Shown here: positions 53,390 to 64,000 of the stretch, piece by piece
Numbering within the stretch: position 1 is the first letter of the stretch
Layout of the letters: every line of letters begins with the position of its first letter
From: Octopus bimaculoides
Taxonomy: Eukaryota
Assembly: GCF_001194135.2 (NCBI RefSeq)
Contig: NC_068991.1
Location: 26,074,615-26,138,614, forward strand
Length of the DNA stretch: 64,000 bases
Direction: 5' to 3'
Program-made: the position numbers and the translations under genes
The notes under the pieces: model-generated
Told to the model about the DNA's origin: nothing
The model's input: only the letters and a program-made list of their open reading frames with translations
Databases searched by the model: none

Positions 53390-53553
53390 GAGCTGACAGA
53401 ATCGTTAGCGCACTTGGAAAATGCTTGGTAGCATACAACCGATGTCTGTTTGCCTGTCATTCTTTCGGGATTGATAAAATAAGTACCAGTTGAGCACTGT
53501 AGTCGATGTAATCGATTTATCTCTACCCTCGATAATGCCGGCCTAGTGCCAAA
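53390..53553 (-). mobile_element. SINE-like repeat, family A, inverted and internally deleted
   Basis: GAGCTGACAGAATCGTTAGC...GATAAAATAAGTACCAGTTGAGCACTG...GGCCTAGTGCC. Confidence 0.75.
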
Positions 53554-55019
53554 AATGTCAAATCCATAATTACTGGGATAAGTTACCCAAGATCTCCTAC
53601 TATACGAGCAAGAAATAGTTGAATGTATGTTAGCATAATGAGTAAATTTTTCTGTTTCACAACACCAATTATACTCGGTTTGCAAAGTTTATTCAGGTTT
53701 AAAATATATTTTCATTTCTTCAGAACTTTACCTATTGATGTGAAATTGATTATGACAGAACACAATTCAGCATCGTCTTTATACATCCACTTTTAATTGT
53801 TTTAAGAAGTCCATGATCTGCTTTATTTACACTATTGTTTTAGTGTAACTGATGCGATTAAATAGATTGATATAAGGAATATGTGTTTGCTATTATTTTC
53901 TCAATGATTTTTCCTCAGAAATACATGACTTCACAAACACAGGTAATTTCCATATGTCCAAAATCATTTATATGAGTCATACTTTAAAACAATGATAAAT
54001 TATTAGCAGATTCTGGCCGGACAATAGCATCAGGTTGAAAACTAACGATATACAAACTTTGCAGAATCTTGACACATACCAAATGTTAGAGACTAATCAC
54101 CAAATGTCAGGCAGTCTTTCGATCAAAGGTGATCAAAGGTGAAGTTTCAGACAATAAATTACGCAGCGTTAACTTCACAATTGGAACAAATTCTACCTCG
54201 TCATCAATTCATAATGTGCTTATGAAAAATTACCGTAAATAGAAGTAGTAAGTAAGAACACAATACTATCAACATAACGTATAAATATTAGGTCTGAAAA
54301 TAATCCTAAAATAAAGACCCACGCCCGTCTACTATATGCTTTACATACTAAAGCAAATAATCGCACTGTAACAGGAGACGCAGAACTCCATGTAATGTTA
54401 CAGAGACTTACAAATCCGGAGTGAGTTTAGCGTGCTTGGTGGAAAAATATTCCATTATAAATTTTTTTCAATTTGTTCCATTAAGAAATTCAAGAGTTTG
54501 ATATCACGGCAGTTGGAAAATACTATAACATGTTGCCCAATATATTCTCAGCTGTACACACACCCTCTCGAGATATGACGGAAAATGCATATTTTAGCTT
54601 GAATCCTTCTCTGCTCGGTTCTCAAACTAAACAGTCAACCCGTAGAAATCTGTGATCGATACCATCTTAAATGAAACAATTTCACAATAACAAGGAGAGA
54701 AAAGTAATTGGTAATTTCGATGAAAGAACAATGAACAATTAAAAGAATAAAATATATCCTGGATGAACAACAAGAATAATTTCAGAAACGTAGGTAGGAA
54801 ATCCCCGTCTATTTGTATGTGGTGATTGATAAACGGACTGTAAGTAAAGCAGAAACACATGATATAGCGAATAGATAAACATCATAAATCTAGCATAGAA
54901 GTGTTGTCTATGGACAATAGAATAAATTGGAGTATAATTTTACTTAAAAATAACATTCACTCCAAATTTGTCGAAATATAGAAAGTATTTCATAGATTGT
55001 CAGCGAACAGTATATTAAC

Positions 55020-57000
55020 GTCACACAAGGTGGAACGCAGAGAGGCTGATGTTGACTTTGCAGTTCGATCGGATATCCTTAAGAAGTTGCAGGAGCTTCT
55101 TGTTCCTGTAAATGAACGCCTAATGACTGTACGATTGTACCTCAAAGTGAGAAGTTTGCTACTCTAAGTTCATATGCACCTACTTTGGCTAGCTGTGATG
55201 AAGATAAAACTATTTTTATACCCAGCTGAGATCTATACTTAGGAAATTCCCTAATTCTGATAAAGTCATTCTACTGGGGGATTTTAATGCCAGGGTTGGA
55301 AGAGACTGGCAAAAATGGAACTCTCTAGGACGTTTTGGAGTAGGGACAATGCATACCAATGGTCTCATGCTGCTGGAGATTTGCGATGAACATGGACTTT
55401 ACATCGCAAGCACTCATTTTATGCACAAAGGTGATCACACGACAACGTGGATGCATCCAAGGCCCAAAGATTTGCACTTGCTGGATTATGTCATCATCCG
55501 CAAGCGTGACATCTATGACATTTGTAATGTCAAGTCCTTTCATGGATCTGAATGCTGGACAGACCACAGTCTGGTGCGAGCAAGGTTCCGGATGGTGATT
55601 ATAGTGAAAGACAGAAGAGGGCCAGGCAGCAATGCTCGGTGTCTGCATTTCCACAGGATATATGATGCTGTGTTGAGGAAAGAGCTTCATACTCGCTTGT
55701 CCAGCATCGCAAATACTGCAGCATGGGATGATTTTGGAGACCATGTTCTTGAATGTGCTGCTGAAACACTGGAATATGCTACTACGAGACACAGAGACTG
55801 GTTTGATGAAAATTATGCTGACGTTAAGCGACCATTGGCTGTAAAGCGCCATGTTTACAATGTATTGCTACACAGAGAACTTTCTGCTATGCAGCGAAAT
55901 CTAGCACTTGCTCACTATACCAGTGTAAAATCACTACTGCAGCGACCTTTCAGGAAGATGCAGAACACTTGGTGGGAGGATCTTGCTCGTGATGTTCAGG
56001 CTGTTGCAGATGCAAATGACAGCTCTTTTACTTTCGAAGGAGTCTTCCACTCTATTTACTAAATCAACAGAAATCACAGTTCGCTAGTTCGAGCACTTCT
56101 CTGAACTCCTAAATCATGAGTCAGTTGTGCATTAAACAGTGATTGATACTATGCAGCAAAGACCTATCATGGGCTCCTTAAATTCCACACCCTCAATAGA
56201 TGAAGTAATGACATCAATAAGTTAATTGAGTCTTGGCAGGACACCTGGAAAGTATGGAATTTGTGCTGAGGTCTTGCGATTTGGTGATGATTACATGATA
56301 CAGTCCCTTCGTGAACTTATTAGTACAGTCTGGAGGGATGGTGCAACTCCTAACGACTGGAGTCAGAACAATGTGTGGTAACTACAGAGGTATTGCTCTA
56401 CTATCAGATGCTGGCAAAATTCTGGCAAATATTCTTCTTCACCGCCTGAATGGCTGTCTGGTAGTTGATGTCCTATCTGAATCTCAATGTGGCTTCCGAT
56501 CTGGTAGAGGGACAATGAATATGATTTTCACAGGAAGACAGATGCAGGAGAAGTGCTATGAGCAGAATATGGATCTTGTTCAGGTATTCCTTGATTTAAC
56601 GAAGGCCTCTGATACTGTAAATAGGGCCTTTCTGTGGAAAATACTTGGCAAACATGGATGTTCATATCACTTTGTATCTATAATCAAATCATTACATTAT
56701 GGAGTGGAGGCTTGGGTCAATGATGGTGGTGTCAAGCAGGGTGACATCCTTGCCCCAACTCTCTTTTCTTTGTACTTTGCTGCTGCTTTTACTTATGCTT
56801 TTGCTAATGTTAGTAATCAGGGAATATATGTCAGATGTCGATCTTCTGGCCACCTCTTTACTCTGCGCCGATATTCTACCAATTCCAAAGTTTTCCAGAC
56901 TTTTATTCGTGACCTCCTTTATGCAGATGACTGTGACTTAGTCACTCATAAAGTGGATGACATGCAAATACTTATGAATCGCATTTCTGCAGCCTACACC
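55020..57000 (+). mobile_element. RTE-clade LINE (APE endonuclease and RT), 3'-truncated, internal deletions
   Basis: YAPT; ILLGDFNARVG; TWMHPR..HLLDYVI; WTDHSLV; NYRGIALLS..GKILA; ESQCGFR; FLDLTKA.DTVNR; GVKQGDILAPTLF; LLYADD. Confidence 0.92.
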
Positions 57001-57927
57001 AGGAAATCCATATGTAGAACTAGCTATCTTGGCTCGAGGTCGTTGTGAATGCTTGGCAGAAAAGATGAAGAAGAGGAGGAGGAGGAGGAGGAGGAGNNNN
57101 NNNNNNNNNNNNNNNNNNNNNNNNNNNNNNNNNNNNNNNNNNNNNNNNNNNNNNNNNNNNNNNNNNNNNNNNNNNNNNNNNNNNNNNNNNNNNNNNNNNN
57201 NNNNNNNNNNNNNNNNNNNNNNNNNNNNNNNNNNNNNNNNNNNNNNNNNNNNNNNNNNNNNNNNNNNNNNNNNNNNNNNNNNNNNNNNNNNNNNNNNNNN
57301 NNNNNNNNNNNNNNNNNNNNNNNNNNNNNNNNNNNNNNNNNNNNNNNNNNNNNNNNNNNNNNNNNNNNNNNNNNNNNNNNNNNNNNNNNNNNNNNNNNNN
57401 NNNNNNNNNNNNNNNNNNNNNNNNNNNNNNNNNNNNNNNNNNNNNNNNNNNNNNNNNNNNNNNNNNNNNNNNNNNNNNNNNNNNNNNNNNNNNNNNNNNN
57501 NNNNNNNNNNNNNNNNNNNNNNNNNNNNNNNNNNNNNNNNNNNNNNNNNNNNNNNNNNNNNNNNNNNNNNNNNNNNNNNNNNNNNNNNNNNNNNNNNNNN
57601 NNNNNNNNNNNNNNNNNNNNNNNNNNNNNNNNNNNNNNNNNNNNNNNNNNNNNNNNNNNNNNNNNNNNNNNNNNNNNNNNNNNNNNNNNNNNNNNNNNNN
57701 NNNNNNNNNNNNNNNNNNNNNNNNNNNNNNNNNNNNNNNNNNNNNNNNNNNNNNNNNNNNNNNNNNNNNNNNNNNNNNNNNNNNNNNNNNNNNNNNNNNN
57801 NNNNNNNNNNNNNNNNNNNNNNNNNNNNNNNNNNNNNNNNNNNNNNNNNNNNNNNNNNNNNNNNNNNNNNNNNNNNNNNNNNNNNNNNNNNNNNNNNNNN
57901 NNNNNNNNNNNNNNNNNNNNNNNNNNN

Positions 57928-57981
<54 letters not shown>

Positions 57982-58840
57982 ATATATGAGTGTATGTGAT
58001 GTGTCTGCATATATATATCCTTGTATATGTGTGTAGCAGGTGCGTGTGTGTCTAAGCCTGCATGTGAGTGTTTGAATTATTAAAGAACTTACGTTTTACA
58101 AGCCATTGACATCAATTTCGTAGACAGCGTAGTCTGAATAAGTAGTTATAAATTAACCTCATTGTTGCTGAGAATGTAATACACAATAAAGTGATGCGGG
58201 GATGTAATGCTTGCTCAGTAACGTAAGCAACTACACAGGTATATTCACAATTAAACCGAATAGCTTGAAATTATTAATACTTTAAAATTATGTATTTTTT
58301 CGATGATCGATATATATATGTATACATACAATTGCTAGATTAAAATCAGATGTACATAAACATGAAGACAAAGCATTGAATCACATGTGCAATGTTTTTG
58401 AATAGATTAAAATACGATGCATATAAAGATATGTATAAACGAATATGCATATGTATGTGCATGTATTCATGTATTTCAATGCTTGTTTTTGCTTCTTGTG
58501 CACATCCGATTATGCTTATAATAATCCTGCTATATATTTATATATATATATATATATATATATGTTTGTTTGTGTGTGTGTATGAGTGTATGGTTGTGCG
58601 TATGTGTGTGTGCGTGTGTGTGTTGGTATTTATATCTATATATACGGATATATGTATATATATATATATATATATNNNNNNNNNNNNNNNNNNNNNNNNN
58701 NNNNNNNNNNTATATATATACATATATATTTATACATACATACATACATACATACATACATACATACACACATTCATTCACACATAGACAGACATACAAA
58801 CACACACTAATATACACAGACACAATTATTTCTATATATC

Positions 58841-58980
58841 ACGGGCTTATTTCAGTTTCCACCAACCAAATCCATTGACAAGTCGTTAGTCAGCCCGAGG
58901 TTACAGTGGAAGGCACTTAGCTAAAATGGTACGCAGTAGGACTGAGCCTGAAACCCATGTGATTGGGAAGCATGCTGGCT
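58841..58980 (-). mobile_element. tRNA-derived SINE, family B
   Basis: Reverse complement of the 25.8 kb copy (GGGCTTATTTCAGTTTCC...CAAATCCA...GCAGTAGGACTGAGCCTGAAAC). Confidence 0.7.
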
Positions 58981-61420
58981 AACGCAAAGCCAGGTCTGAG
59001 CGTATACATACATACATACATACATACATATTACATACATACATATTACATACATACATACATACATGCATACACACACACACACACACACACGCACACA
59101 CACATATATATATATATTACAAGTACAACTAACCTTTGACTACATTCCTACATTGCACGAGATCACGAAAATGTGATCGGATACAATATTTTATAACATT
59201 AATATTTTATTCAAATTTTCATCTCCGAATCTATCATGATAAAATTATGGGCCATGAAGTCCACAAATAGATTCTACTTATTGTCTCCAAGAACCGCCGA
59301 AATACACTGAATATGTATACATAGAAATAAATGGAAAGATATCTTTATATACAGAAAAAAGGGAAGAGAGATAAAGATAGAAGTAATAACTTAAACGTTT
59401 TTTTTTTATAAATACTTCCAGTATATCTTTATATTATATTTCCGTTTGTGTCATGTTCTTCTGGTACATTTTATTAAAAGCTGACAGTAGTTCCAATTTA
59501 TCTTAAAATTAACTGCTTAAGATATATTATAGATAAAACAATCGTGTCTGGTAGATTAACAGCGAACGATGCCAATAACTCTGCTTAGCTTCGAGTCTGA
59601 AACAATTTCTCGCGTGCTGTCAACACTCAATGAAACCATGTATTACTTGAAGTTCCATTAATTCCTTACCTTCTAATATTACCGAAAGTGTATGCTTATG
59701 TAAGAACGAAATTTTATACAGTAAAAAGCAAAATAGGACTAAAACAAAAGGAAACAAGCAAGAATTATTGTCCCTTTCTTGTCAAGAATCATTAATTTAA
59801 AAGCAGTATTAAATATATGAATACAAAGTACGTTATTTCATACTTTATTTGTGAACGTGCTACTTTATATATTAATAATTTGTATCAATATGTAATTCTA
59901 GTGGAAAAGATTACTATCAACAAACGACATAAAAAGTTAAAACTTTTGTCGAAGCAAATTGAGTGCACTTACTATAAATTAAACTTTATTTTGTATACAG
60001 GACAATATCTAGCGGATGTTACATCAATTAGATACTATCTGATTTGCATAAAGAAATCATATGCACTTTAAAAATCATTGCACGCAGAAATAATTCTATG
60101 ATTTATAAGTGCAGGCTATATTGTATTACTCATACCCAGCGTTAATTCTAATATTTTCGGTAATCCACAGATGATATTGCAAAGAAGTAATCACATAAAA
60201 TATCTTAATTTTATCAGATATCATTTAACAATTTGCAAATTGGAGATTTCTGTTTGAAATTCATAAGTCAATTATATAAATGTTTCAATTTATATTTCCT
60301 GTTTCCATTAGGAAATGAAGTTCTTATGATATAATTGACATGGAGAAAATTATGGCAGTATATGTAATAATGAACTAATAATTAAGGAATATTGGAAGAG
60401 TTCGAATGAACGGTAAATTTTGTGATAAAGTTTTATTTTCAGGAATTACCAGATCACGTCTCATCACCTTAATTCTTAGCAATTCACTAACGAAACATAA
60501 TGACACTATACCAGCATAACGTACCGGAATTTATTGGAATAATATCTTTGATACTGATGGCTCATACGTACATATTAATACAGGAATATTAATAGTATAT
60601 AATTATACTATACACTCATTGTTTTCAATAATGATTTGCAGTTAGTCCTTCGTACACACACTACAGGTGAATAATTATATCGTCTTGAATTTTAATTAAC
60701 TAACATAGTTGAAGACATGTTCATGTAACATTGACAAGATATAATTTTTCTTGATCTCCATCTCCAACAGCTTCTGCAAAGCAATGAAATGTACCGTTAA
60801 TAGTGTGTACACTGAAAAGGTTTTATGAAATGCACAAGTAATTGTTTTAAAAACACTCCTGATTGAAGGCTTTGACATTAAATTTTATTTCTGTTTGTTT
60901 TAGATTTTATGGTTTAATTGTATTAACCTTTCTGCATGGCTCTTGGAAATGATTAATACCAAACAATATATTAATTCCCAGTGCGTAAAAAAGAGTATAC
61001 TGTGCCAATCCCACAAAGATCCAGGCTGTGGCGTTGAAGATGACATTTTCATTCTTTGATATTAAATGAAATCGCTTCTTTGTAATGTACATGAATAACT
61101 TACTGAAAATTCCCTGAAATATATAAACATATATTTGACTCTTGTATATATTCGCAGCAAACGCTATTTTCAGTGCTTTTATTCAGCTCGTTAAACATAT
61201 ATTAGAAGTTACACGACAGTAAATTTGTTATTTCATTTAGGGAGTATTCACTCGACTGTTATTTAATTCGTGTCAGTACACATAAAGGAAGCATTTTGTG
61301 ATGCTTTATTGGGCTTTGGATAAGAAGATATTTAAAAAAATCGTTGATATCAGAAACATCTCAATACGAATTAAGAATACATACAATGTATAATCAGTTA
61401 AAAATCAAACACCAAATCAT

Positions 61421-61753
61421 GGCACTCAGACGGTTATGACGACGAGAGTTCCAGTTGATTCAACAGTCTACTTGTCAAAGTAACGTGAAAGTGGCTGAGC
61501 TCGCCACTTAGTATTTCTCGGAGAGATTCAGCGTGACACAGAGTGTGAGAAGGCTGGCCCTTTGAAATACAGGTACAACAGAAACAGGAAGAAAGACTGA
61601 GAGAAAGTTGTGGTGAAGGAATACAGCAGGGTTCGCCACCCCCTACCGGAGCCTCCTGGAGCTTTATGTGTTTTTGCTCAATAAACACTCACAACGCCCG
61701 GTCTGGGAATCGAAGCGGCGATCCTGTGACCACGATCCATTGCGCCTCCACTA
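61421..61753 (-). mobile_element. tRNA-derived SINE, family C
   Basis: Minus-strand head GGCGCAATGG...GCTTCGATTCCCAGACCGGGCG (B-box-like) and 3' tail ...GCTCAGCCACTTTCACGTT...CTGGAACTCTCGTCGTCATAACC. Confidence 0.7.
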
Positions 61754-62299
61754 ACAACAGATATTCTAAACAATAAAGACAAATATAAGTTGATATGAAC
61801 GGTGGAGTTAGGGCATCTGATATAATGCCCGCGATATTCTACTACAATTCTTACGCCTTCAGTTCAAATATCCCTGAGACCATTTTTGTTGTTGGTTATT
61901 CTGTTATTGAAAAAGACAATGTCCTAGCTAAAGTCAGATATTGAAGCAATATTCCTTGATGTGAAAAGAATTGTAATTATAATTACACAACGCATCTAAG
62001 TGCCTGTTCTGAAGGGATATCTTCCTTACATAGAAAAACAAATGTTACGAAATATTACGTAGCTGTTGACATAAAAAGGATAACGAAATTTTTATGTTTA
62101 TAGACAAATAATTCTTGGTATTCAGAAAAAGACAAGATAATATAAAACTTAACTATCAATATATAATATGACACTGTCAAGGCTGTATCATAGACAGGCT
62201 TTCTTCGTAAAACTGTGTTTTGGGTTACACTACCACCACTACCGCCATCCGAATTTGTGAGTGTCTTCCACAATAGACACAGATTCACCGACCAATGGT

Positions 62300-62560
62300 G
62301 AATACAGTTTCGTCGACAAAAACTGATCGCAAGTACATCAAATGGTTGTTACATTTCCTGAGTGGTAGACATAAACTGTCACCTCGTCCGAAGGCCAACA
62401 TAAGGGCTGATAGCATTGTGCAGACATTGGCAAGAATTTTGGCAGAACTTTTGCTTGAGGATAATCGTCTCTTTTGTTACCACCAGTTTGGAATGCGATA
62501 AAAAGCCTCAATGCTACACAGCTACCTCTCACTAAGTTCCAAGAGAAAATATCTACTGCC
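62300..62560 (+). mobile_element. LINE RT N-terminal fragment, very degenerate
   Basis: GLIALC...ILAELLLE...HQFGMR resembles YRPI.L....GK.LE...QFGFR. Confidence 0.35.
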
Positions 62561-62829
62561 TATTTACAGATGGTTGAGAAACAGAACTGAACATAAACAA
62601 AACATAACAACCCTTACAAAATACAAGTAGTAATATTTCTATTACATCATCAACAGGGAAATGCATAGAATAATTATACAGTCTCACAAGATCATATGAT
62701 TTGCGATAAAACATCAAGATGTAGCTTCAAATGATATAAGATGCCAAAAAATCAACTGTTTGCAAGCTGTAGACATTAGAACATAGGGAAATCCTTTCCA
62801 ACCGGTTTAGTGAGTAGCAATAAAATCAA

Positions 62830-62885
<56 letters not shown>

Positions 62886-62913
62886 CAATCTAATATAATA
62901 TCCGTCTGTCTAT

Positions 62914-62914
62914 G

Positions 62915-62991
<77 letters not shown>

Positions 62992-62993
62992 CA

Positions 62994-63037
<44 letters not shown>

Positions 63038-63050
63038 ATGATAATAATAA
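62914..63050. repeat. Compound (TAA)n(CTA)n microsatellite
   Basis: Direct reading. Confidence 0.95.
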
Positions 63051-63051
63051 A

Positions 63052-63195
63052 TTCTCTAGAACAACACTATGTACAAATCCAAATAAATGGTACCCTAGGC
63101 ATAACACCTACATGAACTTCTAACTTGTTGTCTCTTGAGGTCTCTGGGTGAGACTTGAATCCAACTTGTACAAATGCAAAACAAAAGTCAAACAT
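63052..63195 (+). mobile_element. 5'-truncated R4/Dong-type 3' end embedded in (TAA)n
   Basis: TTCTCTAGAACAA...GGTCTCTGGGTGAGACTTG...CAACTTGTACAAATGCAAAACAAAAGTCAAACAT matches the reverse complement of about 9361-9450. TAA repeats flank both sides. Confidence 0.75.
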
Positions 63196-63233
63196 AAAAT
63201 AATAATAATAATATTGATAATAAATAATATATA

Positions 63234-63275
63234 TAGAGGTTGGACAAAATAATGGAAAAACCTAGCATCAAAGCA
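63234..63275 (+). mobile_element. Possible Tc1-type left TIR
   Basis: TA-GAGGTTGGACAAAATAATGGAAAAACCT resembles Tc1 termini. No partner TIR was seen in the window. Confidence 0.35.
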
Positions 63276-64000
63276 TCATAATTTTGAAATATCTATAAAA
63301 ACGTTAAAAGCTTATTTATTTTTATGTTTTTATTTATTTATCATTAGTGTTACTTAATATGTTTTGCTAAAATTGCAGTTTATTTTTAGATATCAGGCGT
63401 TTAAAATCTTCGGAGCAAAATCATTTACAGTGATTCTGCTAGCATTTCAGTTGGCAGAATGGATTCACCAAAATAGTATATATTTGACCATAACAGAGAA
63501 AATTAAAGATTAGAAGAGTTTTTAGGAGGGGGAAGAAATAATTGACTCCATGACTATTTATCTTTATTTATAACTAGAGAGGAAGGCGCGGTTCCATTAG
63601 TCTAAGTTTATCTATTGGTCAGCTGGAAGGAAATCATTTTTGTGTGAAGTCAACCTACTAAATTATCGTGGTCGTTTGTGAGGGGACCAACATGCATGCT
63701 TTATTTCTACAAGTCGAGAAGTCAGAGGCAGTAACAAGGAAGTAAGGGATAGGGGAGGGAGGATAAGGAGAAAAAAGAAAGCTGACCAACAGTTACTAAT
63801 TGCCATAATATTAATAAAGGGAGACTTTGAAGGGTAATGGAATTAGTTATGGGGGCAAAGCTCTAAACTATGTTTGGGTACCATTGCATGGGAATAAAAC
63901 GAATCTACTACAACTACTATAGCAACAAGGGCAATTAAAAATTAAATATAGGCAAATAATTAATAGGTACTTAAAATTATAAGAAAGAGAGATGTTTTGA

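Overview
AT-rich eukaryotic DNA, dense in microsatellites and broken by N gaps. The SINE families and repeat style point to an octopus genome; this is inferred from recall, not from a search. I cannot support any intact host gene, rRNA, tRNA or CRISPR array. The window is mostly decayed transposons: four Penelope-like element (PLE) bodies plus ribozyme-like terminal remnants, two Ty3/Gypsy remnants, a nest of R4/Dong-type LINEs with a Tx1-like LINE in (TAA)n, RTE and CR1/L2 LINE fragments, two Helitron helicase remnants, a DD41D (rosa-type) Tc1/mariner, a Chapaev-like transposase, MITEs and several SINE families. The most structured observations are: (1) the (TAA)n-anchored retroelement nest at 7.2-11.7 kb, with a matching 5'-truncated copy in (TAA)n at 63 kb; (2) an in-frame Gypsy/PLE chimera at about 1.21 kb; (3) a domain-scrambled Gypsy lacking RT at 18.8-20.9 kb; (4) an apparently exact 212-bp local copy of a PLE RT core; (5) degenerate minimal hammerhead motifs; (6) inverted SINE pairs that could form dsRNA. 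A few possible microexons and a promoter-like tract are flagged at low confidence. I found no convincing new biological system. Element boundaries are by-eye estimates, accurate to tens of bases unless a motif is quoted.
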